Origin: an uncultured Methanosarcinales archaeon
Lineage (GTDB): Archaea; Nanobdellota; Nanobdellia; Woesearchaeales; CAYSVS01
Reading direction: 5' to 3'
NCBI GenBank assembly: GCA_964589485.1
Contig: CAZPRK010000009.1
Span: forward strand, 1 to 37,172
Length of the DNA stretch: 37,172 nt
The position numbers were made by a program, and so were the translations under genes. The notes under the pieces were generated by a model that saw only the letters and a program-made list of their open reading frames with translations, was not told the DNA's origin and searched no databases. Below, piece after piece: positions 1 through 9,560 of this stretch; positions within the stretch are counted from its first letter, which is position 1, and each line of letters starts with the position of its first letter.

Positions 1-3000
1 ATGCCTTGTGAATGGATTAATGCAACTGAACGTTGTGGTCCAAGACTTGATAGAATATTCGAAGATGGAAAAGAGAATTTAATCACTATAGATAATCAAA
101 AAAGTTGTGAATATGCAGGTGGAAAATGGATTACTGAAAATTATTGTGAAGGTGCAATTTCAGTTCCAACAGGAAGATGTGAAGCTAAATTTGATGAAGA
201 AAGAAATTGTAATAAAGCATGTTATGCATGTGAATATAAATCAGATGGAACTAACTGGAGTAGTTCTGCAGATGCTAAAGAAGCATGTATTGAATCTAAA
301 TTAGGATATTGTGAATTTGTTGCAAATTCAGATTCATTTAATGGTTATGGTAATTGTAATGTAAAGGATGAATTTATTACAGGAATTGCAGGAAATTGTG
401 ATGCTGATTGTGGTTCATGTAGTCATAAAGGAGATCCTACTGCTTCAGATGATAACAATAAACCTTCTTATTTTTGTAGAAATAGTGATGCAGGATGTAA
501 ATGGATTCCTGATTTAGATAATCCTAATGATGAAGCGAGAGGAAGATGTGCTTCAAATTCTGAAAAAACTTGTTCAGATAGATGTGATAAGTGTGATACA
601 GAAACTCAATGTAGTCAATATGGTCAAAAGAAAGGAAATACTAGTTTAGAGAAACAATGTAATTGGGATTCAACAGCAATTGTAAAATGTCAACCAAAGA
701 ATGGTGCAGATGAATTAGAGATTTGTTGGGATGGACAAGATAATAATAATGATGGTAAAATGGATTGTGCAGATTCTATGTGTTTTTCAGATCCTTTTTG
801 TGGAGGAACTACTGGAACAGGAGCTGCTTGTTTTACTGCAGATACAGAAGTAGTATGTAAAAATACATTAACTACTGATTCAAATAATTGTACTTGGGTT
901 AATGAATCTTGGGGAAGTTGGTGTGATATTCCTGGAAGTGATTGTTGGAATCATGATGGAACTAATGAAACTTTTTGTGAATCAAAAGGATGTTCATGGC
1001 ATTCTAACTTTGGTGGATTTTGTGAAGAAGACTGGGAAGCTAATGACTTTAGTAGTTGCTTTAGTTCAAATATTACAACATGTGGTGGAAATTGTACATG
1101 GGTTGTAGATAATTGGTGTCAAGAATCTGGAGGATGGTGTGAAGGTAAAACTGGATACTCAGGAAGTGAATTTCAGAATTGTTGGCAGTATGATGATAAT
1201 GGTGAATCTACATGTAATGCAGCAACTGATTTAAATGGAGAACAATTATGTCAATGGCAACAAGATTCTTGGTGTAGCACACAAGGTAGTAATGCAGGAT
1301 GGTGTGATCATAAAAAGTTCACATGTTGGCAATATAGCCATAATCAAACTGCATGTACTAATTCAAGTAATACTGATTGGTGTCAATGGAGAAGTGACGA
1401 ATGGGGAAGTTGGTGTGAATCAAAAACATCAGGGTCAACATCTTGTTGGAGTCAAAGTAATAATGCTTCTTGTGTAACTGCAGGATGTAATTGGATAACT
1501 GGATTATGTGATCCTCCTGGGTTTGGTGGTCACACGTTTGGTGGATATAGTGGAAATGGTAGTTTTTCAGGTACAGGTAATAGTTGTTGGAAATTTGATG
1601 GAAATTTAACTGGTTGTAATAATCAAAGTGGGTGTTCATTTTTTACAGAGAATAAACCATTTTGTAATGTTGAAAAAAATAATAATTGTAATCAATATAA
1701 CAGCGTAGCAGCTGGATGTAATACAACTAATGGATGTTTCTTTAGTAACGAAAGTGGAAACGCATGGTGTTCAAGTATTAAAGAACAATGTTGGAATAAT
1801 GTAACTTTAACAAATAATCAAACTTTATGTAATGCAAATTCCCATTGTAATTGGACAATTAGTAATGAAGGTTGGGAAGGTTGTGAACCTACTTGTTTTG
1901 CATCTCAAACAGAAGGAGAATGTGGAAGTGGATGTAATTGGGTTAGCGGTTGGTGTAGTTCCGGAACTGTTAGTGAGTTTTTCGATGATATGGAAGGAGG
2001 AGCACCAATTGAATTAGGACGTGATGCTGAAGGAGATGCATCTCCAAATGAAATAGATATATTAGGTTTTGGAATGAAAGATATGGGCGATGCATTTGGA
2101 TTTGGAATAGGTGTAAAGGATTTAACAAATGCATCTTTATGTAATGGAAAAAAGATTGGATTTGGTACTAATGCTCAATCGGGAACAGGTAAAAATACTA
2201 CTAAGTTCTTCTGGTATTTTGATACAGATGGAACTAGGACAGGAAATTGTGCTTTATCTCATAATTCATCTGCAAAAGGGTTTGAATTTTATGCTACTGC
2301 TGTATATAAATGGAGTACAACTGCAAATAGTCTTAGTGAACAATATACTGTTTACAGATGTACTAGTGGAAACTGGTCAGTTGTAGATATTAAAGCTAGC
2401 GGATTTCCTCAAAAATCTTGTTCAGAGATTGGTGGCGGTATGATTGCAATTGAGAAAAATGATTTTGAAAGATTCCCTACACTTTATACTGTAGGGACAG
2501 ACATGAGAGTCACAGTAGCTACAGCCAATGCAGTAGGAAATATTACAAGTCCTACAGATACTGCAAGTTCAGGATTTGCAACTCCAGGAGCTGTAGATTT
2601 TGATTTAGATTCACTTGACTTTTTCAAGTTAAGTAGTTCTAATGTTCAGGCTAAAAGTTTAGATAATGCTAATAAAGGGTATGTGTCATATTCAGCAGAT
2701 TGTTGGACTGCTTCAGGATGTTCAGATTATTCATGTTATAATCATCCATATTGTGTTTCAAATTCATATGGAGTTCACGCTTCTGGTTTTGAAGACACGA
2801 GAACACCTAAAGTAATTGCAATATCAAAAGAAATGTATCCAAATAGTTCTTTAATAAGTTATTTTACAGACAAGCCAGCAAACGGAAGTTTATTGTTTTA
2901 TCATAATGATAGTACTTGTTCAACTCTTAACTATACTGTAAATGATGAAGCATTAAGTAGCTTAGAAAGAAGAAATTATAGTTTATTACATTTTGCAGAA

Positions 3001-4287
3001 ATATTTAATGATAATGGTGTAACTTCGTTAAATTATGATTTGAAGTCAAATACCAAATACTATTTTAAAATAAAAGTTTGTGATGATGGCAATAAATGTG
3101 GAATAAGTAAATGTTCATCTTTTGTGACTGAATCTCAAAGTAGTTGTGCTTATTGTGACTTTGTAACAAAGTTAAATGCCCCAGCTGGTTGGAATGTAAG
3201 TTATGATTTAGACAGTGATTTAACTTATGAACATGTTCAAGGTGAAGTTTGTGGGAAAAGTGCAGGAATGAAAACCAACTATACTGATGGAAGAAGTGCA
3301 AACATTAAACTTTATAAAAATGATAATAGTACTTGGTTTGAATTTCATAATGTAAGAATAACTAAAACAGGAATGAGCAGTAGAATGAGCTCTATAAGTG
3401 ATGACACTGATTTACCAACAGGAACTACGACTGATGTGGGAGGAAATACAGTTGGATATGCAGGAATGTTAACTAGTACAAGAGATAAAGTAGTTAATAA
3501 CTTATTCCCTGAACAATGTTACATTAAAATACCGGGAACTGGGTCATGTACTGAGTTATGGCATTGTAAAAGTGACTTGACAACTTGTGTTGACAGAACA
3601 TCAGAAGCAATTTTGAATCAAACTGGTTCTGATTATTGTATATGGCAAATTCCTTTCTGTGACTTTTCAGCTTGGGCTGGAGGTCAACCTCAGTCAGGAT
3701 CTTCATCTTCTTCATCGTCTTCGTCTTCAGGTGGAGGCGGAGGAGGCGGCGGTGGCGGCGTTTCAGGTGGTGGTGGAAAGAAAGCTACAGAAGTTACTGT
3801 TTCATCTGCTTTGAAGACATATAGTATGAAGGCTGGAGATTTAATTCAGTTTAAAATTGAAAACGAAAATCACACTATTAAGTTAAAATCAACTTCAGGA
3901 AATAAAATAGTATTACAGTTTGCATCAACTCCATTTGATGTTTCTTTTAATGATGGAGAAACAAAAAATATAGATCTTGATAAAGATAATGTGTTTGATA
4001 TTCAAGTAGGTGTTAAGAAAAAATCTTTTAGTGAGATTGATTTAAACATAAAATTATTACCTAAACCTAGCTGTTCAGATGGAGTTAAAAATCAGAACGA
4101 AGAAGAGATAGATTGTGGCGGAGTTTGTAATAGTTGTGAGGTTGAAGTAGCAGAAGTTACTCCAATAGATCAAGAAAGTGTAGAAGAAGAAAAAGAAGAA
4201 ATTGTTGAAGAGTCTAATAATTATGTTTTAATTGGATTGGTTGCAATTTTATTATTATTTGCTATTATTTTCTTTAAGAACAATTAA
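1..4287 (+). CDS. Large Cys/Trp-rich cell-surface protein with C-terminal membrane anchor (probably 5'-truncated by the window edge)
   Basis: 1428-aa ORF open from base 1 with no signal peptide at the visible N-terminus. Many C-x-W/W-C repeats, a CWDGQDNNNDGKMDC motif, an FN3-like LKSNTKYYFKIKVCD segment, a Ser/Gly linker, a CSDGVKNQNEEEIDCGGVCNSC module, an acidic spacer and a terminal hydrophobic helix. Many N-x-S/T sequons. Confidence 0.8.
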   Translation: MPCEWINATERCGPRLDRIFEDGKENLITIDNQKSCEYAGGKWITENYCEGAISVPTGRCEAKFDEERNCNKACYACEYKSDGTNWSSSADAKEACIESKLGYCEFVANSDSFNGYGNCNVKDEFITGIAGNCDADCGSCSHKGDPTASDDNNKPSYFCRNSDAGCKWIPDLDNPNDEARGRCASNSEKTCSDRCDKCDTETQCSQYGQKKGNTSLEKQCNWDSTAIVKCQPKNGADELEICWDGQDNNNDGKMDCADSMCFSDPFCGGTTGTGAACFTADTEVVCKNTLTTDSNNCTWVNESWGSWCDIPGSDCWNHDGTNETFCESKGCSWHSNFGGFCEEDWEANDFSSCFSSNITTCGGNCTWVVDNWCQESGGWCEGKTGYSGSEFQNCWQYDDNGESTCNAATDLNGEQLCQWQQDSWCSTQGSNAGWCDHKKFTCWQYSHNQTACTNSSNTDWCQWRSDEWGSWCESKTSGSTSCWSQSNNASCVTAGCNWITGLCDPPGFGGHTFGGYSGNGSFSGTGNSCWKFDGNLTGCNNQSGCSFFTENKPFCNVEKNNNCNQYNSVAAGCNTTNGCFFSNESGNAWCSSIKEQCWNNVTLTNNQTLCNANSHCNWTISNEGWEGCEPTCFASQTEGECGSGCNWVSGWCSSGTVSEFFDDMEGGAPIELGRDAEGDASPNEIDILGFGMKDMGDAFGFGIGVKDLTNASLCNGKKIGFGTNAQSGTGKNTTKFFWYFDTDGTRTGNCALSHNSSAKGFEFYATAVYKWSTTANSLSEQYTVYRCTSGNWSVVDIKASGFPQKSCSEIGGGMIAIEKNDFERFPTLYTVGTDMRVTVATANAVGNITSPTDTASSGFATPGAVDFDLDSLDFFKLSSSNVQAKSLDNANKGYVSYSADCWTASGCSDYSCYNHPYCVSNSYGVHASGFEDTRTPKVIAISKEMYPNSSLISYFTDKPANGSLLFYHNDSTCSTLNYTVNDEALSSLERRNYSLLHFAEIFNDNGVTSLNYDLKSNTKYYFKIKVCDDGNKCGISKCSSFVTESQSSCAYCDFVTKLNAPAGWNVSYDLDSDLTYEHVQGEVCGKSAGMKTNYTDGRSANIKLYKNDNSTWFEFHNVRITKTGMSSRMSSISDDTDLPTGTTTDVGGNTVGYAGMLTSTRDKVVNNLFPEQCYIKIPGTGSCTELWHCKSDLTTCVDRTSEAILNQTGSDYCIWQIPFCDFSAWAGGQPQSGSSSSSSSSSSGGGGGGGGGGVSGGGGKKATEVTVSSALKTYSMKAGDLIQFKIENENHTIKLKSTSGNKIVLQFASTPFDVSFNDGETKNIDLDKDNVFDIQVGVKKKSFSEIDLNIKLLPKPSCSDGVKNQNEEEIDCGGVCNSCEVEVAEVTPIDQESVEEEKEEIVEESNNYVLIGLVAILLLFAIIFFKNN
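3700..3777 (+). repeat. Low-complexity (TCN)n(GGN)n tract encoding a poly-Ser/poly-Gly linker
   Basis: tcttcatcttcttcatcgtcttcgtcttca followed by ggtggaggcggaggaggcggcggtggcggc..., translating to SSSSSSSSSSGGGGGGGGGGVSGGGG. Confidence 0.9.
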
Positions 4288-5247
4288 AGCTTTATTGAAA
4301 GGGGTTTCTAAATCATATTTAATTTCATTTATGGTATGTTCATATAAAGGATCATAATATTTTTCAAGCATTGTAATTGTAAATTGTTCATATTCTTTAT
4401 TGTTAATATTACTTCTTAATTCTTCAATTACTTTATTAGATAATTTTTGTTTAAGTTTAGGTAAAATTTCTATAATGTAATCTAAATCTTTTTTTGTTAT
4501 ATTAGAAAAATATTCTTTTATGATTCTTTTTGCTCTATCTTTTAATGGACAAGTTATTTTAATTTTTTTACTTTTTTTCATTTTTTGCCATAAAAATTCA
4601 GGCATTTCAACTTTTCCGATTTTTCTTGATTCACCTTCAATAAATATATTTTTTTTATTTTCTAATTCTTTTAATTTATCGAATAATATTGCATCAAACA
4701 TTTTTTGACTTCTTGGTTTAAGACCAATTTTACCTAAAAGAGAGCTTCTATGTTGTGCAATGTCTTCAAGGTCTATTGTATCTTCTAATTCATGTAACAG
4801 TTCAGTTTTTCCTGCACCTGTAAGGCCATATAATACTGTTAATTTTGGCTTAAAATTAATACTCTTAAAGTAGTTTAGAACATAATTTCTATATGCTTTA
4901 TGCCCACCTTCTAGTTGTTTTACATAAAACCCTAGTGCATCTAAAAAATTAACAATAACTTTACTTCTCATTCCACCACGCCAACAATAAATTAAAAGTT
5001 TTTTATTTTTAAATTTAAAATAATCTTCCATCATTGTTGGCATTTTTTTAGAAAAAATATTAATACCTTCTTTAATTGCAATATTTTTACCTTCTTGTTT
5101 ATACAAAGTTCCTACTATTGCTCTTTCTTCATTTGTAAATAGAGGAATGTTTATAGCTTTAGGGATATGCGCTTCTTTAAATTCAGCAGGAGTTCTAGTA
5201 TCAATTATTATAAAATTTTCAGATTTAATTAATTCTTCGACTTTCAT
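4255..5247 (-). CDS. selU: tRNA 2-selenouridine synthase (rhodanese + P-loop, SelU/MnmH/YbbB)
   Basis: N-terminal rhodanese (IDTRTPAEF, HIPKAINIPL, VGTLYKQ, YCWRGGMRS), P-loop GLTGAGKT, DLEDIAQHRSS, EGESRKIG and YYDPLY motifs. Confidence 0.92.
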   Translation of the reverse strand: MKVEELIKSENFIIIDTRTPAEFKEAHIPKAINIPLFTNEERAIVGTLYKQEGKNIAIKEGINIFSKKMPTMMEDYFKFKNKKLLIYCWRGGMRSKVIVNFLDALGFYVKQLEGGHKAYRNYVLNYFKSINFKPKLTVLYGLTGAGKTELLHELEDTIDLEDIAQHRSSLLGKIGLKPRSQKMFDAILFDKLKELENKKNIFIEGESRKIGKVEMPEFLWQKMKKSKKIKITCPLKDRAKRIIKEYFSNITKKDLDYIIEILPKLKQKLSNKVIEELRSNINNKEYEQFTITMLEKYYDPLYEHTINEIKYDLETPFNKALIVLKENNSK

Positions 5248-5267
5248 AATTGTTGTTATTAAAGAAC

Positions 5268-5570
5268 TTATTTAAATATATACCTTGTATACTTTTTACA
5301 TTCAAAACAAGTGTAAATTAATTTTTTTCTATATAATCTTACTCTACTATTTTTACCAGGTATTAACAAAGCGTAACAATGTTTACAAAAATTTCTTTTA
5401 TATTCACTTATTTTAATTTTAAATTTCATTGCTATTTTTCTTGCTATTTCAATATACCTGTTAGCTAATTCTTGATTTTTGATAGTTTTAGCTAAATCAA
5501 ACAATCCTTTTATTCTTTCTTTAGCGATTTTAACCTGATTATCGGGTTTTTTCTTGTGTTTTCGCTTCAT
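5268..5570 (-). CDS. rnp4: Ribonuclease P protein component 4 (Rpp21)
   Basis: IAKERI..LF, LANRYI.IARKI, KRNFCKHC..LLIPG..RVR, and YTCFEC zinc-ribbon motifs. Confidence 0.93.
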   Translation of the reverse strand: MKRKHKKKPDNQVKIAKERIKGLFDLAKTIKNQELANRYIEIARKIAMKFKIKISEYKRNFCKHCYALLIPGKNSRVRLYRKKLIYTCFECKKYTRYIFK

Positions 5571-5594
5571 ATTATATCCTAGAGAGGCAATATT

Positions 5595-5602
5595 TTTATA
5601 TA
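5595..5602. promoter_or_regulatory. Bidirectional TATA box shared by rnp4 and the 5626 ORF
   Basis: TTTATATA in a 55-bp divergent gap, about 24 nt from the ATG on each side (5570 minus, 5626 plus), as expected for leaderless archaeal transcripts. Confidence 0.55.
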
Positions 5603-5625
5603 TTTCTAATTTTCGTTTTTTGCAG

Positions 5626-6804
5626 ATGTTAAATTGGATTAAAAATTTGTTTCAAAATAGAGAAATTATTAAATTTGAAGATATAGATAATTGGATAAAT
5701 GAACAGATTATAGTAAAAGAAGAAAAACAAACAGCTTTAATTGAGGATGCCAACACTGAGGTTCAAGGTATACTTGCAAATATACCTGAAAAATTAACTT
5801 TATTGGCTAATGCTACTTATGAAAAGCCAGTTGAACCTAAAACTATGAGTGTTATAAACCAAAATAGAGCTATTTTTATTGAAAAAACACGGAAATTTCT
5901 TGATTCTGACAGTAATGAAATTAGAGATAAACTTGAAAAATTAATGGAAAGTTCCAATAAGTTACTTCATACAATGAAACACTTATATTTCGATCAAACT
6001 GAAAGTATTTTAAATGAATTTAAGAAAATTTCAGATTTGTTTGATTTTTTAGATTCAAAAATAATTAAATTGAATTTAGATGGGTTTTATAAAATGCGTA
6101 CTGACCTTGAAAACTATGTCAAAGATGTTGATAAAAAACTTAAATTATCTGATGAAATAAAAGAAAAAGAAACATTATTTGCTAAAATTAAAGTTAAATT
6201 AGAAGAAATGGAAGAAGAATTAAGTAAATTATTAATTTCAGAAATTGCTAAAGATTTTTCATTATTAACAAAAAATAGTGAAGAGTTACAAACTCAAATG
6301 AATTCATTGAAATTAAGTTTTAATAGTGAATTTTCAGTATTAGAGCATGCTTTAAAAAAATATTATAAATTGGCCTTAAATCAAGTGATAATTCTTGATT
6401 ATGTAAAAAATCCTATAAATACTTTGATTGAAGATCAAGATTTAAAAGTGTTAGAAGTTTTAAGTGGAATGAAATCTAAAATTGATAAATTAGATCTTAA
6501 AGATAAAAAACAGGAAAAAACTATTGAAGCAATAAATTATTTTACAAGAGATAAGTTTTATAAATTCATTTCTGAACATGAAGCTTTGAATAATAAAATG
6601 TTAGCTGTTAAAGAATCGTTGAAAGCCAATACTTTTATTAAAGATAAAGATGAATTAGAAGAAATTATTAGTGATTTAAAAAAGAAGTTAGATAAGCTTA
6701 ATACTGATATTGTTGACTTTAAACAAATAGAAAGAAATATAAAGCCAGATAAACAATTAATAATAGATAATGTTGAGAATGTAAGTGAGTATGAAGTATG
6801 TTAA
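5626..6804 (+). CDS. Hypothetical coiled-coil protein
   Basis: Long helical K/E/L-rich ORF. ATG 5626 (MLNWIK) is preferred over TTG 5554, which overlaps rnp4 and lies upstream of the TATA box. Confidence 0.75.
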   Translation: MLNWIKNLFQNREIIKFEDIDNWINEQIIVKEEKQTALIEDANTEVQGILANIPEKLTLLANATYEKPVEPKTMSVINQNRAIFIEKTRKFLDSDSNEIRDKLEKLMESSNKLLHTMKHLYFDQTESILNEFKKISDLFDFLDSKIIKLNLDGFYKMRTDLENYVKDVDKKLKLSDEIKEKETLFAKIKVKLEEMEEELSKLLISEIAKDFSLLTKNSEELQTQMNSLKLSFNSEFSVLEHALKKYYKLALNQVIILDYVKNPINTLIEDQDLKVLEVLSGMKSKIDKLDLKDKKQEKTIEAINYFTRDKFYKFISEHEALNNKMLAVKESLKANTFIKDKDELEEIISDLKKKLDKLNTDIVDFKQIERNIKPDKQLIIDNVENVSEYEVC

Positions 6805-7217
6805 AATTTATAAAACAATTTACGGATAAAGATTTGGGAAATGTTATCCAAATTGCAAACAGACATTACCTTTCTAAAGGATTAGAGTATAGTGAAACCC
6901 CTAGGCATATCGGTGTTTTTCTTGGGGAAGAGATTGAAAATAAGTTTCATCCTAGTATTGAATTAATTGAAATACTTTCTAAAATGTCAAATAAAAAAAT
7001 TTTTATTAATGATAAATCTGAATGGATTTTTTTAAATGGAAAAGATATTCTTGGAAAAGCTATAACTAAAGCAAATGTAACTAATGGATTAGTTTTTGTT
7101 CAGAATAAAAAAGATGAAAATTTAGGATATGGTAAATTTATTTTAGATATAAAACGAAAAGATGAAGTTGTTGTTAAGAACATTCTAGATAGAGGACATT
7201 ATCTTAGGTGTGAGTAA
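6798..7217 (+). CDS. Nip7-like PUA-domain ribosome biogenesis protein
   Basis: SEWIFLNGKDIL, VFVQNKKDENLGYG and C-terminal NILDRGHYLRCE resemble the Nip7 PUA domain (D.G.YLR.E). Confidence 0.75.
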   Translation: MLKFIKQFTDKDLGNVIQIANRHYLSKGLEYSETPRHIGVFLGEEIENKFHPSIELIEILSKMSNKKIFINDKSEWIFLNGKDILGKAITKANVTNGLVFVQNKKDENLGYGKFILDIKRKDEVVVKNILDRGHYLRCE

Positions 7218-8343
7218 AACCTGGTAATTTTTTTCCTTCAATATATTCAATTGAAGCTCCACCTGCAGTTGAAATGTGAGTATAATTATTTAATTTAAAT
7301 TTTTTTAATGCAGCTGAAGTGTCTCCTCCGCCTATAATTATTAACTTATTTAAATTATGTAAGCATTTCGCAATTTTTTTTGTTCCGTTTTCAAAAGCTT
7401 TATTTTCAAAAACACCTAAAGGTCCGTTCCAAAAAATTGACTTTGCTTTCTTTAAATGTGATTTAAATAAATCTATTGATTCTGGGCCAATGTCTAACCC
7501 TATTTTACTTTTAGGGATATTAGTTGCATGAATAACTTTTCCTTTCTTAGAATTTATTGAATTTCCAACAACAACGTCAATTGGAAGAATAATTTTATTA
7601 TTATATTTTTTTAATAATTTTCTACATTCATTTATTTTACTCTCATCAACTAAACTTTTGCCTACCTCAAGATGTAATGCTTTGTAAAATGTAAATATTA
7701 TTGCTCCTCCTAATAATAATTTATCTACTTTTTTACATAATTTATCTATTAATTCTATTTTATCTGATATTTTAGCTGCTCCTAAAATAGCAATATATGG
7801 TTTTTTTGGTTTGTTTAATTTATTTAAATTTTCAATTTCATTTTTTACATTTAATCCAAAGTAACTTGGGATGATTTTTTTAATACCAACAATACTTGCA
7901 TGCTTTCTATGCATTGTACTGAAACAATCATTTACGTATATTTCAGCTAATGAAGATAATTTTTTTGCAAAAGTTTTAGAATTATTTATTTCTTCTTTGT
8001 AAAATCTTAAATTTTCTAATACTGCAATTTCACCAGATTCCATATCTTTAACAAACTTATTTACATCCTTACCTATACATTTATCTAGTTTAAATATTGG
8101 GATTTTTAATAATGAAGATATTTCTTTAGCGACAACATTCATTTTTAGTTTGTTATCTATTCCTTTTGGTCTTCCTAAATGACCAATAATTATTATTTTA
8201 CATTTATTTTTTCTTAATAATTCTATAGTTGGTAACATAGCTAAGATTCTAGAATTATCACTTATTTTATTTTTACTTAATGGTACATCTAAATCTGCTC
8301 TTAGAATAACATGTTTATTTTTAATTTTATTATTGATATACAT
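7204..8343 (-). CDS. pgk: Phosphoglycerate kinase
   Basis: LRADLDVP, GHLGRPKG, LENLRF, YVNDCFSTMHRKHAS, GAAKISDKI, GLDIGPES, WNGPLGVFE, GGGDT and HISTAGGASIE. Confidence 0.97.
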   Translation of the reverse strand: MYINNKIKNKHVILRADLDVPLSKNKISDNSRILAMLPTIELLRKNKCKIIIIGHLGRPKGIDNKLKMNVVAKEISSLLKIPIFKLDKCIGKDVNKFVKDMESGEIAVLENLRFYKEEINNSKTFAKKLSSLAEIYVNDCFSTMHRKHASIVGIKKIIPSYFGLNVKNEIENLNKLNKPKKPYIAILGAAKISDKIELIDKLCKKVDKLLLGGAIIFTFYKALHLEVGKSLVDESKINECRKLLKKYNNKIILPIDVVVGNSINSKKGKVIHATNIPKSKIGLDIGPESIDLFKSHLKKAKSIFWNGPLGVFENKAFENGTKKIAKCLHNLNKLIIIGGGDTSAALKKFKLNNYTHISTAGGASIEYIEGKKLPGFTHT

Positions 8344-8375
8344 ATCAATATTATCTTAGTTATATTATTTAAACT

Positions 8376-9026
8376 TTACTTATCTTCTACTGGCGTAGGT
8401 TGTTTGATTGTTAATCTGCTTTTAAATTTATTATAGAAGTAAGGTATAAAACTCATTATTACAAATAATCCAATGTATAAGAAAAACTGAACTCCTCCTA
8501 ATGGAGCTCCTCCAATATTTGCTAAAACAAAACTTCCTGGAATAATTCCAATAAAAGTAGCAATTAAATAATCTTTTTGGTTTACTTTAGTTAAACCTAA
8601 TGCGAAGTTTAATGCATTGAATGGAAAAATAGGAACAAGTCTAAAAAACATTGTTGTCATAAAACCATTACTTTCTAATTTATCATTGTATTTTTCAATA
8701 CCTTTAACTTTGTGCAATAATTTTGTAATATAATCTTGACCAAAGTATCTTGCAAAAAGAAATGCTAAATGTGCACCGATAGTTGCTCCAATAACTGTAT
8801 ATATAGTTCCACTAAAACCACCAAAAAATAAACCAGATGCTATAGTTAATGGTGTTCCAGGAATAAAAAAAACAGTACATAAAGCATATATTGTTATAAA
8901 TAATAAAGGACCATATATTCCTGCACTTTCTATAATATTTCTAATAGACTCTTGAGATATATCTATATTATTTCCTATCACAAAAGCAAGCGCTATAAAT
9001 ATTAATAATATGGTTATTTTTTTCAT
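8376..9026 (-). CDS. TVP38/TMEM64 (DedA/VTT-domain) membrane protein
   Basis: FIPGTPLTIASGLFFG, GATIGAHLAFLFARYFG, FRLVPIFPFNALNFALG and TFIGIIPG. Confidence 0.9.
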   Translation of the reverse strand: MKKITILLIFIALAFVIGNNIDISQESIRNIIESAGIYGPLLFITIYALCTVFFIPGTPLTIASGLFFGGFSGTIYTVIGATIGAHLAFLFARYFGQDYITKLLHKVKGIEKYNDKLESNGFMTTMFFRLVPIFPFNALNFALGLTKVNQKDYLIATFIGIIPGSFVLANIGGAPLGGVQFFLYIGLFVIMSFIPYFYNKFKSRLTIKQPTPVEDK

Positions 9027-9140
9027 TTTGTGAATATTCCTTTGAACCTTTATAACTGTTTTGCTTTCTAATTCAAAGTTTGTTTTGAGAATATAATTTA
9101 TACAGAAAACTTTAAATAATAGAAATGGATTAATGTTAAA

Positions 9141-9554
9141 ATGGAAAAACTACATTTTAAAAACGACTATTTCTATTTTTTATTTAGATTAGTTGTAGGA
9201 TTATTGTTTTTCTTGCACGGAGCACAAAAATTTGGTTTGATTGGAGAAGGTAATATTGCAGGTTTTGCAAGTGCTTTCGGATTTTCAACTGGATTAGCTA
9301 GCTTTGTTGGCTTAGTAGAATTATTAGGTGGATTATTTATTTTACTAGGACTTTGGACAAGGTTATCTTCTGCATTATTATCAGTAGTAATGTTAGTTGC
9401 AATGATTCTTGCTCATTTTCCAAAAGGATTAAACCCTTTGGCTAATGGAGGAGAATTGGCTTTATTATTCTTTGTAGGACTTTTAGTTCTATGGGATAGA
9501 GGTGCAGGAAAGTGGAGTTTGGAAAAAACTCTAACTGGAAAAGAATATTTTTAA
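9141..9554 (+). CDS. DoxX family membrane protein
   Basis: RLVVGLLFFLHGAQK, ELLGGLFILLGLWTR, GGELAL and GAGKWSLE signatures. Confidence 0.9.
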   Translation: MEKLHFKNDYFYFLFRLVVGLLFFLHGAQKFGLIGEGNIAGFASAFGFSTGLASFVGLVELLGGLFILLGLWTRLSSALLSVVMLVAMILAHFPKGLNPLANGGELALLFFVGLLVLWDRGAGKWSLEKTLTGKEYF

Positions 9555-9560
9555 CTTTTT

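Noticed and set aside
107..3715. Short alternative-frame and antisense ORFs inside the giant surface protein (and similar ones inside selU, pgk, gnd, zwf, tal, rpe, rps3ae, argS)
   Set aside because: They are shadows of well-supported genes with no motifs of their own.
5554..5625. TTG-initiated N-terminal extension (likewise 16160, 23303 and 24913 starts)
   Set aside because: Downstream starts fit TATA/SD spacing or the signal-peptide position better and avoid or reduce overlaps.
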